A stretch of 64,000 bases of DNA, taken from NCBI RefSeq assembly GCF_009834535.1, contig NC_045697.1:75456001-75520000 (forward strand). Reading direction: 5' to 3'. The number at the start of each line of letters is the position of its first letter. Position 1 is the first letter of the stretch. Both the position numbers and the translations under genes were made by a program. Below the pieces are notes generated by a model. The model saw only the letters and a program-made list of their open reading frames with translations. It was not told where the DNA came from and did not search any database. This document shows, piece after piece, positions 1-16,544 of the stretch. The stretch comes from Camelus ferus (taxonomy: Eukaryota).

Positions 1-439
1 AGCTATCTTTCCCAGTCTGTGAGCAATTAGGGTGAGAAGATAAATCTTGACCTTGTCCCATTTTCCCTCCAGACTTATTTTTCCAGTCTTTCCTCTTAAA
101 ATCTGGTACAGTCAAGAAGAATGCAGGTGACTAAAACTTGATTAATGGAATTCCCTCTCTCAAGATGGTGAATTTTAAGTGGAGGAACTTAAGGACAGAA
201 TAAATAGAGTTTTTTCTCTTTGGGGTGGAACATTTTTTATTATGCCACTCCTCTACCCATCACTTGTAGACTCAATGTCACCTCTTTTGTTTATTCAATA
301 GTATTTCCTTCTGGTTTGCTTCAGCTGCAGACAGATGAGACAGTCATACTTCTCAGCTCAAAGCACATTATCACATTGGCCCAAGCACAATTTCTCCCTT
401 GTCCATTTATACATTCATTCCTTTATCTCTTTGTTTTTG

Positions 440-865
440 CCATATAACTTTCTTCTTTCTTCCCCTCTCTCCCATAAACAACCATTCAAATTTGTATAAT
501 GTATGCCTTTCTAATTAGTTGAATACTAACAAAACATATTGATAGTTTGTATGCATGTGTTTTTAACTCACATAAATGAAATTATATAAATATATAATGT
601 ATATATTTATGATTTTTATATTATCTTTACTCAGAATTTTTTTTAGTATCTACCTATGTAGCTATGTGAATGTCTAAGCTGATGTTTTTGACATCAATAA
701 TAAGCATCTACTACATTATATCCATCTATTCTCTTAGAGATAAACACCCAAAATGACTTCACCTTCCTACTTCCATAATAACATTGAAATAAACATTCTT
801 ATGGGCCTGAGTTCTTTAGAATATATACTGGATAAGAGGGTAGGCATATTTTTTATTTGACAAGG
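440..865 (-). mobile_element. Ancient L1M (L1ME-like) 3' fragment
   Basis: Degenerate antisense L1 3'-end phrases (tatccatctattctc, aaataaacattcttatg, tctttagaatatatact). Boundaries approximate. Confidence 0.5.
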
Positions 866-879
866 CAGTAACATGTCAA

Positions 880-1800
880 CAAAGTTGAGAGCTCACTCTG
901 TGCTAGACAGATTCAAATGCTGGGAATATCAATGAACAAAATTAAGTCCCTGTCCTCATGAAGTTTACATTTGTGAGGAAAAGACAGTCAATAAATAAAT
1001 AAGTAGTAGGACATGCAAGTGAAGATAATGGGTTGAGAGTATTACATGCTAGTGTACACAAAGTCTAGCATTCACACTAGAAGTTGGATTAAAGACATAA
1101 ATTTGAGATCCAGACATGAAACTAAAGTTACCTAGAAAGTTCATATAGATGAAGAGCTGGTCTGGGGATAGAGCTCTGATGCACTTTGACATTTAGAGAT
1201 TAAAAACATTAGAAGAAGCCAACAAAGAAAACCAAAAGTGAACTGCAGGTAAGATAAGAGAACCAAAAAGTAGCGGTGTCCCAAACTAGAACTAAAAAAA
1301 AAATAATACTGTCATGTTGCTGATTAGTCAAATGAGATAAGGACTAAAATAAATTTTGATTTTAAAAATGTGGAGGTCACTGGTGATGTTGATAATATGG
1401 ATACAGCTGTACTCAAACAGTGGAATGGCTTTACGAGAGAATTAAAGAAGACTTGGAGACTGGCTTCTTTTCAACATTATTTTGAGGAAATTTGCTATAA
1501 AGCGCAAAAGAGAAATGGGTTCATGGCTGGAGAAGGGTAAGTAGTAAAAAGAGAATTTTATAAGATGGAAGATATTATAGCATGCTTTCAGGCTGCTGTG
1601 AATGTCAAGTCAGGGTGGTGGAGAGATTAAAAATTATAATGCAGGAAAGACAGAATTCCTAAAGTCATTCTTAAATTGGTGAGAGGAGATGAGGTTTAGA
1701 ACCCAAGTGGAAAGGATGCCCGTGACGTGAAGATGGACAATTCATCTGTAGTAATAGGATGGAACAAAGAGTTTGGAGGTACAGATGTAAGTGGTTGCGG
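880..1800 (-). mobile_element. LINE-2 fragments
   Basis: L2 3' end in antisense (ctctgtgctagacag...aatgaacaaaattaagtccctgtcctcatgaagtttacatt) followed by purine-rich L2 body (aaatgagataaggactaaaat...gaggtcactggtgatgttga). Confidence 0.65.
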
Positions 1801-4384
1801 GTAGGGGGAGGAGGAGGGACTGGGGTAAATATGGCGGTGGAAGTGGAACATTTCCTTTTCTATTTTTGTCATCAACTGGCCTCATTTCAACTATTCAGCT
1901 TCCTCCACCTTTACTCTTGCCTCTTTTAATCTCTCACAAAGCTCTGATGCCTCAGAATATAAAATGTCTGCACAGTGTATTTTTCATGTCTCTCTGCCTC
2001 CAAGTTTTCGACTTACATTTCCCTCCCTAATCAGTCAGCTAGCAAGCATGCACTTATTTTTTAGTAGAGGTCTTAGCATTAATTTCCCTGACCTATCCAG
2101 TAGCTTTGTTGCATATATACATATATGTGTGAGATATATATATATATGTATATATATATATATGAACATTTTGTATGACTGTCCACTAACTAGACTGTGC
2201 CTACAAAAGTACCTGGAATACTGAACTCAGTCATTTGTTGGTTCCCATTACTTATCCAACATATACTACAAGCCAGGCATTGTCCTAGATATTGGAGTAC
2301 AGCTGCGCACCAAAGACCCTGCTTTTAAGGTGCTTATATGCTAGTAGCTTTCATAGAAAACAAGTTTTGAATGAAGCACTATTCCACTTTAGTAATGTGT
2401 CAACTTTACTAAATATTTACTAGAACTAATATTTGCTCACAGTTTCATTTCACCCTCTATGGCCAAGATATAACATAACACCAAAAATCGGGTGCTTTTT
2501 TGTTGTCATTTCATTGGCTTTTTGTTTGGTTTTGTGCTTGTTTGTCTTTCCTAGATAACCTGATCATAAAACAATACATTTTATAATTGCACATCTAAAG
2601 GAATTATGACTTTTGCAAATGTGGATTTTCAGGCTGAAACCTAATTTTTAAAAAAGCACTATGTTTTGAGTTTTCTTTACTTCAGATTGCTATGCATTTC
2701 TAAACTTCCCATTAAATTGACAATGGAAATTATGGGAGAGCACATATTTCTTAGGGCTAGTGGAAAATGGAATGAATGCGTCTGGGCACTGGCTGCTCCA
2801 TGCAGGTTTTTTGACTGCAGGACACAAGATGAACTTATGGATCAGCTTGTTCATTTTTAATTAGATTCATTAACATTTCCAGGACATATTTGTTATTCAT
2901 TGGTAGCTATTAATATTTGTAAGGTAATTGTCAAATCTGAAAAATTTCATACGGTATTTCCCATTCCCTAAAAACAGGCAACCTGCTTTTTCTATCAACA
3001 GGATTATTTACAACAGACACAAGTCCACCACAACAGTAATCCATAATAACTGAGGAGGGAAATCTTACACTACCCTGTTCTAAATTACTGGAATCACTAA
3101 CTCCATATCTTATTTTTGGAAGGCGATCTGAAATGCAAGTTTGTTTTCCATTACCTGACATGGGTTTAAGAAATTAATGGAACTATCTTCAATATAGTTT
3201 ACGTAATTCAAAATATTGGCTGCACACTGGCTCCAATTTATTCCCTGAGCCCGGGGAAACTTTGAGTGAAACTTTGGAACTGTCTATTAGTAAGGAAATG
3301 GTGAGAATTTAAGTGAGCACTGAGAATTGGTAAAATGCAAAACAAGTTTTAGATTTACAATAGTACTTTTTCTTTATCAAAATGACATTTAGAAATGTTT
3401 ATCCTAAAAAAGTCTCTTGCTCTCCTTGCTTTCATTGTTAAGGAAATTCAATATACTGGGTTATCGACTCCTTTTTCTCATAGCACAGCATTAGATGTTG
3501 TCCCTTCTGAGATTAATAAGGGAGACACGTCATCTCCTAGACCCCTGTCATTCTCCCCTCCATTCAGGATTATTTTAAGGAAGGGGAGAATCTGTACCAA
3601 TGTGTTTCAGCTAGGAGAATGGGGATCAGGACTCTACCTCATGCACAGTCACCCTGTCACTGAAATCTGTTAGCAGAAGGGAGAATTGTCACTGCTGTTC
3701 TCCCATCAGTCTTGCTCAGCTGCAAATCCCTACAAGTTTGAAATCTTCATGAACAAGGTCAAAGCATGGAGTCACCAAAGGCTACTGCACGGGGAAGAAA
3801 CAGAATGACAACCTTCTTTCCAACCCCAAATTCCCATCCTGCCTCCATCACATACATACTTATCACCTAATGTGACACTGAGGTCCCTGTTACATTGCCT
3901 CCTAAACCAACTTATTTGGAAAGAAGAAACAAACCCTCAATATCCTCTGTCACTGAGGATAGATAACAATTGGCTAAATAAAAAGTTTTGCATATTAAGG
4001 CCAACTTCTGAAACTCTGAACTAGTGAAGGACAACTAGTTCATTAAAGTTCCACAGTTCACCTGAGCTGTTTATACAGCTACAATGCTATTCAAAGGCTT
4101 GTCAAAAAGTACTTTTATTAAAACCATACAGGATGCTGTAAGCCAATTTTGGGTTGACTTGAGAACTATAACTCATTTCTTAAAAAAAGAAAAAAATGGG
4201 TTTGCATGAGGTGGTTTCCCTAGTGCAATTGAAACCGAGGAATAAACAATATATTTGTCAAGAGATTTTCTATTTTAATAACTTCTGGATCCCATGTTAT
4301 TATTACATACATTTTATTAAACATTTTGAAATCATTTTTCTAAATCATTGAATCCCAGGTCATTGATTTCCTAGTTGTTTGTTT

Positions 4385-4600
4385 CAAAATATGCTATTGA
4401 AATATGAAATACATACAGAAAAATGCATATGTTATGTGTACTGCTGGACGAAGTGTCACAAGCAGGACCTACCCGTGTGACCAAGTGCCCAGGATGGGAA
4501 GCAGAACATCCTCATCATCTCAGAGCCACTCACATGCTCCCTCCTTATCCTGATATCCTGATGTCCAACAGCAGAGATTAGTTCTGCCTGGCTTTGTACC
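4385..4600 (-). mobile_element. Old L1M 3' UTR fragment
   Basis: gaaatatgaaatacatacagaaaaatgcata...cagagattagttctgcctggctttg resembles antisense L1MD/L1ME 3' ends. Confidence 0.55.
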
Positions 4601-7600
4601 AGAGACTTTTTTCATATGTAAATACAATAAATTATCATCATTTGCTATGTTGTAACAGAATCCAAATTTGCTTGAATATAGCAAATTTGGACGTAGTATT
4701 ATAACTCAATTTCCCTTTAATAACAAGTAGGAAGTAAATCAATACATCTACTTTCTAGGAAATCCTAAAGTTCTTTCCAAATATTTGATTTCTAAAGCAA
4801 TCTTTTGTGATTTTTTTTCACTTATTAAGACACTAATAACTGATCTTTGTTTCCACTCCATATAGACTCAGTCTTCTTTCTAAGAATCAAATTACTCCCA
4901 GCTTGTCTTTTGAATGGGTTAACTTCCTAACTGCTTACAAGCTGATGGTAATGATAGCCAGCGTTTCAGGAACTGAAGCTAAAATGAAAGACACCTGCAA
5001 TTTGCTATTGGAAATGGTGGGGAAGGGTCTATTTCTTTTTCTCTTTCCAGCTGCTCTGCTTTCTGCCCTCCTTTTCAACATCAGCACCAGCATCAGTTTT
5101 CTCCCGTCCTGTTTCCCTGTTGGGATCCAGCCAGGCTTCATCATTTCCTGCCTGTACCGCAATCCACCCCAGACCTTGTAATCAGCTGCTCCACTGTGAC
5201 TCCTCCTTTGCTCTTTACCTCAGGCTCAGGAGACCCTCGGGTTGGAAAACTGTGGTTCATTTCCATCCTTTAACTCTCATTTCCTCCCCTCTTTCACATA
5301 GCCCTGACTGAATATTAATAATGACATTTTCTTACTCAGAGATGTTTAGATATGAAAAGAGAACTTCTCTTCTTTGGTTTAATCAGAAACAAGAAGACTG
5401 TGGAAACTGAAAGTTGCCCGCTTTCATAAAGCAGTCCTAACAGCTGGCTTTGGAGAGCTGAAAGGTTGTCATTTTCTCAAAAGGTACATTATTTTTTGTG
5501 ATAAATATTATGTTTAGTAAAAATACCCTACAGCTTAAGCTCACTTGGCAAGTGTCACAAAATGTGTTATAAGTTCATCACTGCTAATGGCATGGATTCA
5601 TGCAACCATAATAATAAATAAAAGTCATTATAATTTTAAAATGTTTGCCCTGTGCACAGCCCCAGGTTACCTTCCCCATTGTACTCTATGTTGTGATAAG
5701 GAGGAGAAGGGACCCATTCAAATAGAACACAATTGATATTGTGTCCATCTAAATCCAGGACACTGGTTGCAAGTTAAATATGAAAAGATACTATAGTTAA
5801 ATCATTTTATGACACCCCCCTAGTACTATTAATTAGAAAGATAACTCGTCATTCCCTACTGACACTGGCAGTACAGTGTAAAATAGAAGAGTTTATAAAC
5901 TGGGTCAATTATTATTAAATATCAACACACTATCATTAATAATAAGTAACATTGTAACTCCATTCTTCTCATAAGTACCATTTAATTAGTAGAAAATCTT
6001 TGTAGGGCTACATGAAACTATTTTACTTAAGGCTAAAATGTGGTCTATGAAATGACATGTAAGAATTCCAAACCGAACCTGGTTTAGGATCCTCAGTCAA
6101 GTCCAGTGGGGATGAAAACACGCATTTTCTTCCTTTAATTCACTAAATTAGAGAAGTTTGTATTCTGGGCAATTTCAGAATTGGAGAAACCTAACACTAA
6201 CATTTCTGGATGCTGTCATCAACAATTCACAAGAAAAATAAAACCAGGAACTCCATTGATTGAACAATAGCTATGTATATTCCTATAAAACCTATCTAAA
6301 TAGTCTCCTGTGATTGGAAGATGTCCTACATAAATAAAAGCTTTCTAGGAGAAAAAAATTTCCATTGCAATAGGTGGCAGTACAGTCCATCATGTGGTAG
6401 TTTTAAATTAAATTCAAAGTTACTTCTAGTTGTCCTAGGGTCTACATTTTTTTTAATTAGTCACTACTTCCATAGATATCAAATCCGTGCTAGGATATTC
6501 ACTCTAACTCTCATTGTTTAGCTGTTGGTCAAATATTTTCTAATTTTAATGTTTAGATTGCTAAAGAGAGATCTAATTGTCTAATTCATAGAGATATTTC
6601 TCCATTTTATTGGTCTGGCAACCAAGGCACCAACTCTAAGTTAATGACAATTCTACTTCACTGCACAGTGCTATGATCTGTGTGAGAATTTCAGAAATTC
6701 TCACTGTCTTGACTATAACAAAGATATATACAATATTGAGGGCATGCCACTTCACTGGCCAAGAGAAATACAGTGGAGTCAGTCTAGTTTATAATTTATT
6801 TAGCAGAAGTAGTTTCACAGTCCATCGTGACGTTCCAGACTAGAATAAATTAGTAAACTTACTTAGCCAGTTTCTAAGGTATCTACAATGTGTGAGGCTC
6901 TGCATTAGGTACTGGAATGAAACACAAGGATGAATAAGGCATGATGATCATTTTCTACTAGTAGCTCACAATCTGTCTTTGGTGGAAGATGGGACTTCCA
7001 TCACCTAGATGCACAGATTACCAAAGTGATTTTTCTTCAATAAATTTTATTTTAGTTTAGCAATCATTTAAACAGTTGAGTAAATACAGATTTCTTCCTA
7101 CTTTCAAATAAAACATGTGTACCAAGAAAACAATAATGAGCATTTTAATTTCCTAATCTGTTCAATACTGATTTATTGATACAAAGAAAGATGGAAAAAA
7201 AGAAAATGGAAAGTAGTGATCATAAAGTTAATCAATGTTTGCTATATACCTACTATGGATAAATATCAGAAAAAGTATCTTTACTAGGAAATAAAGCTTT
7301 GAAGGAAAAGAAAAATGGGAAATAAAAGGGAAAGGACATGTGGCCAAAAGATAACAGAAGCTTCAAGATTAAAAATCATAGAAAAAATTAACTGACACCC
7401 ATGGAATTAAAAACAAATGTGCTTGTTGAACTAGATATTATCATCATTATCATTACTATTAACACTATATTTTTTTTATTATGTAAGAGAATGAAAAAAT
7501 AAATATCCTAACTCAGGGAAGGCTAAGTGGACAGAATACAATTACGAGCTATTTGGGTTGAGGGAAAGCAGAGGAAAAAGAGGAATGGTTGAGTCTTGGG

Positions 7601-8212
7601 AAACAGAATTAAATGTGACAAATGTAGAACAGTAACTCTGGTCTTATTGGAGATCATGCTGTCATATTTGAAGAATACAGCAACTCATAAAAAATAAACA
7701 CACAATCACAGGAAAAGAAAGTTACCATTTATAGAGCACATATGCAGCATCTCAGTTGTGCATTGTGTTGAGTATATTTTCCTTTTAATAAAAAGCTCTT
7801 TTTAATATATAAAAATATATGAAACTATTTGAGGAGTGGTGAAAAAGCAATGGTTTCACATTCAAATATCTGTCAAACATATTATTTGTTGGAGAAAACT
7901 TCTCACCAAAACACTGCTCATTCACAAGACACTTGAGAAAACAGAAAACCAAAATGCAGTCAGTTGGCCCACTGCTAAATTTGTTCATAGTTTATCTGAA
8001 CTGAGGTTTGAAACAAGACTGAATTTATATTCATACAAGAAAATGTACATTTCAAGGTGCAGCAACTCCTTTCCAAATATCTCAATACAAGATGTAGAGC
8101 TGGTTCTCAGCCAAATATCATAGGACTTCCACCACCGAAGGCAAGCATTCTTCTTGAAATGAACATCTTGGAATGACTAATTACTATTATACATTTTGTG
8201 GTTGTAAAACTT

Positions 8213-8260
8213 AAAAACAAAAACAAAAACAAAAACAAAAACAAAAACAAAAACAAAAAA
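8213..8260. repeat. (AAAAAC)n simple repeat
   Basis: About 8 tandem AAAAAC units read directly. Confidence 0.95.
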
Positions 8261-9199
8261 CCAAGGCAAACGTTCCCATGGATTACTTGGACTAATGGAC
8301 CAGTTGTGACTTCACTGGCAACTAATCAGGAAGAACTAAATATGTCCAGCATTTTAGAGCAACCACACAATTTACATAATAATGGCATAAATATCATAAA
8401 CTGCTGTTGAATGAGGAAACTTGTTGACATGTGTCATAAAATCCTTCAACCACAATGAATATCTTCAAAAATGAATTATATCACCATGCTGAATCAGGTT
8501 CTGATTCACATTCATTTGATATTTAGAGACACAAAATTCAAATACAATATAGTGCCTAAGCACAAGTTGCTTCTGTAGTAGAGCAGATATAAAAGTTACG
8601 AAATGCCTGAGGTTTTCTCCCCTTCTTTAAAGCTAATGAATATCCTCTTTAAATGTGTTAGATCTGCAATGATTTAAAGTAGAAAAATTTTATCCATATA
8701 CGTGATTCCAGTTAAGCTGACAGTAAATGATGAGATAGGACAAACACAGAATTTCATTTTACATTTATGTTCAGCATTAGTCCTGATTGGAAGTCACAAA
8801 CAGTAACATTTCTCTTACACATACATAGGCATATATGTGTATATATAGATACATGTAAATGCACATATATACATATATACACATACACAAACATTCTTTC
8901 ATGAAAAATTGTTTAAAGAATGGGAAGCTGGTTTTAATGAGTAATTTTAAATGTTTGAGCCAGGAAAGCCTTCAGAAGAATAGTAAAATATGCTGAATTA
9001 AGTACATTATACTCTACATAATTACTCAAAAATTCTGAAAACTCAGTGGAAAGATTTTACTTCCATCAGAGAGATCTAAAGCCAATGCTCTATGAGGTAC
9101 ATTAAAGCAATACTTTATTTCTGTGATACCCAGTCTCCTAGAATTATAAAATAAAAAACAATTCTAATACTCTGCATTATTCCAACTACTTCATAGCTA

Positions 9200-9392
9200 T
9201 TAATTTATTTAATCTTCAGAATAAACTTGTGAGGTAGGTACTATTATTATCATCTCTGCTTCACAGACAAGAAAACTGGTGTAAAAATGTTAAGAAACTT
9301 GCCCAAAGTCAACGATCTAGTAAATGTCAGATCTGAGTTTTGAAGTAAGGAAGTATGGAAGCAGAGTCTGTGATCTAAACCACTACACCACA
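9200..9392 (-). mobile_element. MIR SINE
   Basis: Antisense MIR core: tgtgaggtaggtactattattat...acagacaagaaaactg...aacttgcccaaagtca...aaccactacacca. Confidence 0.8.
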
Positions 9393-10009
9393 ATGACTTC
9401 CACAAAATTCTACCACAGTTGACCACTGAACAACACAGTTTCAATTGCATGGATCCACTTTTCTACAGATTTTTTCAATAAATATATTGGAAAAATTTTT
9501 GAAGATTCACAACAATTTGATAAAGTTCAAAAACCATGTAGCCTAGAAATATAAAAAAAAAACTGAGTCAAGTATGTTATGAATGCATAAAATATATGTA
9601 CATACTACTCTGTGTTATCATCTACTACCATAAAATACACACAAATCTGCTATAAAAGTTAAAATTTATCAAAACTTACACTCACAAACACTAACAGACT
9701 GTATGTGGTGCCATTTGCAGTCAAGAGAAATGTAAATAAACATAAAGATGCAGTATTAAATCATAACTGCATAGAATTAACTGTAGCATACACTGTACTA
9801 ACGTAATAATTTTGTAGCCACCTCCTATTGCCACTGAGATGATCTCAAGCGTTGTGAGTATCAGGTGAAAACAACATGTGACACTCATCATCTTTGTGTG
9901 ATCAGTTGGTCTTTCCAGTAAACTGAGTACCTCAGTTAAAGTGATCTGTCATGGTTCTCACATACTTTTCAGGGTGTTTAGCATAACATCATAAAGCTTG
10001 AATAACACC

Positions 10010-12062
<2,053 letters not shown>

Positions 12063-12144
12063 TAAATAATCATCATGCCAGACAATTAATATACTTATCT
12101 GTTGTGTGCGTAAGTGAGTGTCTTCATGTTAAAATCTAATAACT

Positions 12145-13551
12145 AAAAAGAATGCCTTATTCACTATCATGGTGTTCCATGCAGCATCACTTCTGATTGA
12201 GAAAATTGTTTTACAGCAAATTAAGTGTGGCAAGGAGTTCGTACTCATGAAATTCACTGGTTTCGACCATGTACTCCATAAGCCTGAATCAACTGGCTTG
12301 ATAGAATAGTGGAATGGCCTTTTGAACACTCACTTGTAGCATCATATAGGTGACAATATCTTGTAGGGCTGGAGCAATGTCCTCTGGATGGTGACAGATG
12401 TACTCCAAGTCAATATTCAACATACGGTGCTATTTCTGGGCCATAATTCATGGGTCTAATTCATGGGTCTAATTCATGGGTCTGGGAATCAAAATGTGGA
12501 TATGAAAGTGGTTTCTTTCCCTATTGATCCCTAGTGTTCCACTAGCAACATTTTTACTTCCTATCCCTGCAATTTTAGCTTCTGCTGGTTTAGAGATTTT
12601 TAGTTCCAAAGGGAGAAATTCTTCAGACACAACAATGATTTCCCTGAACCACAAGTTGAGACTGACTGCTACCTGGCGTCTCTGGCTCCTCCTATCACTG
12701 AATTATCCAGCAAAGAGAAGGGTTACTCTTCTGACTGGGTGATTGATCCTGATTATCAAGGGAAACTTGAAAATGACAATGAAGGTAAGGAGGAATATTT
12801 CTGGGATTCAGTAGATCATCAAGGGTGCTTCTAGTTCTCCCATGTCCTGTGATTAAAGTCAACAGAGAACTACAACAACCCAATTCAGCCAGGACTGCCA
12901 GTAGCCTACACAATTCAGGAATGAAAGTTTTGGTCACCCTGACATGCAAGGAATCAGAACTAGCTGAGGTACCTGCTGAGAGCAAAGGAATATAGAAAGG
13001 AATGTTGACTAATGGAAGAAGGAATTACAAATACCAGTTATGATCACATGACTAGTTGCAGAAATGAGGACTATGAAAGATATAGGATATAGGTTTTTCC
13101 TTATTTTGATATGAATATGTTTGTGTGTATACAATATTTATATGCATTGTATATGTATATATACATATATATCTTAACATATGTAATATTTATATACAAT
13201 AACCAAATACACAGATATATATCAAACATATTTGTTTTCTTCTCTCCCTTATCCTCTTATTATCTAACATAATATACATGAACACCAGCTAACTCTGTAT
13301 CTCAGGTTACATCTCTATTTAAGTTATAGGATGTCAAAGAAGGAATGTGAATCAACTATAAGAATGAGTATGATCCAAAGAAACAAAAAGGACTTTGTAT
13401 CCTTTTTAGGAGAATTGGTTGGCATGTGATCAGTTGTATATGGGATAGTTGAATCAGGTTAGTCAGAACATTACTCTGTTGGTGTCTTTATACTGAGGTT
13501 ACATACAGTTTAAGGAAATACATATGCTTGCCAAGTTGACAAAGGGTGGAT
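12145..13551 (+). mobile_element. ERV-L internal region, 3' part (decayed integrase, dUTPase-like segment, 3' UTR, PPT)
   Basis: Decayed integrase core (ECLIHYHGVPCSITSD..., GLIE*WNGLLNT), downstream dUTPase-like TMISLNHKLRL and VIDPDYQG, and PPT-like gccaagttgacaaagggtgga immediately before the LTR. Confidence 0.88.
12444..12483. repeat. 13-bp tandem repeat (TAATTCATGGGTC)x3
   Basis: Three exact copies at 12444, 12457 and 12470. Confidence 0.95.
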
Positions 13552-14045
13552 TGTGGTGGCTTTGTAATATGTCAGCTTGCTGGAAAAATATGTTTCCCAG
13601 AATTCCCTTTCCTGTTATGTCTGGTCACAGTGGAGAACAAGAGAGATTCTTATTGGAGATCTGGATGATGAAAGTGAAGCAGCAGCTATTTTGTAGCTCA
13701 CACACTGCTTATCACATAACATGAACAGAAGCCAGGTCTGCAACTTCTCTACCTTCCTGTCCCTTCAGCTTCTCTGACCCTTGGGCCAACAAATGTGTGT
13801 AACTCTATGATGAATAGCCCTGGCTTCTGCAAGACACCACTAAAGGTAGAGGGGAAAAGAAAAACACAGGTTTTGGTCCATTCTCATTGACTCCAGCTTG
13901 TGTTTATGGTTTCCAACTTGTTCTTGCTCTCTCCCACCTTACTTCCATCTTTCCTTTCTGATATCTACCTTGAGGACTTTAAGCTCCAGCTTCAGATATG
14001 GGGAGCCTTACAGAGACCACTCAACCTAACAGCTCCTACAGTGAC

Positions 14046-14093
<48 letters not shown>

Positions 14094-14137
14094 GCCCTAA
14101 TTTTTCTGTTTCCTTGATTGAACACTAAAATAGTATA
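13552..14137 (+). mobile_element. ERV-L 3' LTR (MLT2E/F-like)
   Basis: Starts TGTGGTGGCTTTGTAATATGTCAGCTTG right after the PPT, contains tttcccagaattcccttt, and ends in an MLT2-like ttctgtttccttgattgaacact...ata. Confidence 0.75.
14048..14090. repeat. (TG)21 microsatellite
   Basis: Uninterrupted TG run read directly. Confidence 0.97.
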
Positions 14138-16119
14138 GAAAAGGAATACTGGTGGTGCAGAGAGAGGTGCAATAAATATGAAATTGAAGAACTCCTAGAG
14201 TGGTGAGATGGTCTTTAGAACAAAGGTGGAGAGATTCAGAGACATAAAAGAACAACTTTTTCTCTAAACTGAAGGGAAGAGATATCTAGGAAGACGAAAG
14301 TCAACACTGAAACAATATTAGATTTGAGAGTTTAATCTAAGACTCCCAAATCTCTGGAAAAGAGAGCAAGTTTTCCTGCAGTAGAAAACAGAGACTGTTA
14401 CAATCATTAGCTTAATAGTGGTAAAGGTTCAGGAAAAATGGTGTGAAATTCTCTAAGCAGCAAATAATTACATATTTTTAAAGTATAGCAAAAATGATCT
14501 AGATGGTAGTAGCTATTACGAATTTGCCCTACTTGTATCTTTGCTTCTTCTTGTATCTTTCCCCTTCTATCAGAAAGAGAAGTGGCAGCAAGTATCATGG
14601 ATAATTCAGAGTTAAGGAGACAAGGCAGAAGCTAAGGGTCTAGGAGCCTAGGGTGGTCCCAGGGAGTAGCATTAAAATAGCAAACCATGCTGACCATACT
14701 ATTTCAGGATTCTACTGAGCAGGAGTGGCCCATTGGATAGAATGTGTGCTAGGAGTTGAGGGTCTGTTTTGTTGTGGATAAGCAACAGAGTCCCTGAAAA
14801 TTACAATTTGGGAGGAAAAAAATTATCTGTAGAGATATTACCAAAGAGATAAACATCAAGCTCCAAGCTTGGCAGTATGACAGTATTCTGTAATCATAAG
14901 CACCTGAGTGTGGAAAGCGGCGATGGAAGTCAAGTACTGAGGCAACTGAATTGAGACAACAGTCCTAAGAATATGTACTGTAATTTTTAAACAATATTTA
15001 TCCAAATCTTGTGCTATTTGCCTGGAATCTCTTACACACTCTGCCGTTGCATTTGAATCATTTAAATTAATCATTTAAAGTTCAGGGAAATCTAGGGGGA
15101 AAATTATTTTTTCTAAGTTTACTCTGCTTATTAATTTACGTGTGCTTAGTATTTTATCACACTTCTTTCGATAAATACCAGAACCTTGGATGATTCCAGT
15201 ATTAGAATGAAGATTCGTATCAGGAAACAGTTAAATGCTAGCTGTAGATTAGTCCATGGATATGGTCGTCTTTACTTCACCCAAGTCACTTCTTTACTCA
15301 GCAGTATTCTTCTTACATAGATAAGCATGTGAGTTCACTCTAGGATCAAGTCAAACTAACAATCTGTCATTTGACTGCTTCCTTCCTCTTTAAATATTAC
15401 TCCTAAAATTTTTTCATTTTGATAAGTCTTTTCTGATAAAATGTCTTGGTAAGCCCTCTGTAATCATAAAAATATAACACTATCTCCAAGAGCCTATCAC
15501 TTCCGAGACGCAATCACTCTTTCTGCTATTGTCATATATGAACTGCAAGCAGTGCCTGGCGTGGACTGTGAGGCCCTGAGGCATGGACCATGTCATCCCC
15601 CATGATTTTTTCGTTTTTTGGTTTGGGGGATTTTTTTATATATATATAGCACTGAGTACACAGCTTGTGCTCAACAAATGATAAATAACAATCATGAATT
15701 TCATTTGCAGATGGGATCATTTGAGAAATGAAATCTTTTCATATGAACTGGTCAACAAATTCTCCCTCTACTCAGGAAAAAATGTCCTAACCCCTCCCCC
15801 TGAATGCAGATTGGATTAGATATAGAGTTTATTCTCAGGCACATATCCTAGAGTACATCAGGTTACTAAAATAAAAGTCAGCAATAGTGGAATATTCCTG
15901 GGAATGATGGTACATTTTGTGATAACAGCAAATATACAAATACAGGAAATACATTTGAGCACATTCCCACAATTCCAGACCAGGAGGTGGTCAGATGTCC
16001 AGAGTCAATTAGCCACAAACACCCTCTATTAAAAGACACACAAAGTACAGGTTCCTGATATTGACTAGTTCAGTCAGCCTAGTGAAACATCACATTGCTT
16101 GTTTTTTTAAAACTCATTG

Positions 16120-16340
16120 AATTAATGTAATGTGAATTTATTAAGTGCCTGTTATATGTCCACACTATTTTAGCAATAATGACATGTAGATTAATAACAC
16201 CCATGTCTTTACCCAAAAGAGTCCACAATTTTATGGGGTAGGCAGATGTGTAAATAGTTACAATAGAGGATGGTGAGATAGATGTCCACATAGCAATATG
16301 TACAAGGTACTATGAAAGCACAGAGGAGGAAATACTAAGT
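16120..16340 (-). mobile_element. LINE-2 3' fragment
   Basis: aatttattaagtgcctgttatatgtcc...tacaaggtactatgaaagcacagaggagga. Confidence 0.6.
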
Positions 16341-16544
16341 TTTGTTGATTTCTAGATTTTTAAAGATATTCTCCCCAGACTGAAGTACCTACTTTACAAA
16401 AAGTTATATTCCCATCAACTTTAATACAACATGAATATGTATCTTTTCTTACGTCCTCAAAACACTATAATTCTGTTTATTGCTTTCTTTTCTCCTTGTA
16501 AACTTCTCATGGGAAAGAACAGTCTTACTTATAAGAATTAAGCT

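Noticed and set aside
2931..3161. 76-aa minus-strand ORF in non-repeat DNA
   Set aside because: No recognisable protein and no supporting splice signals.
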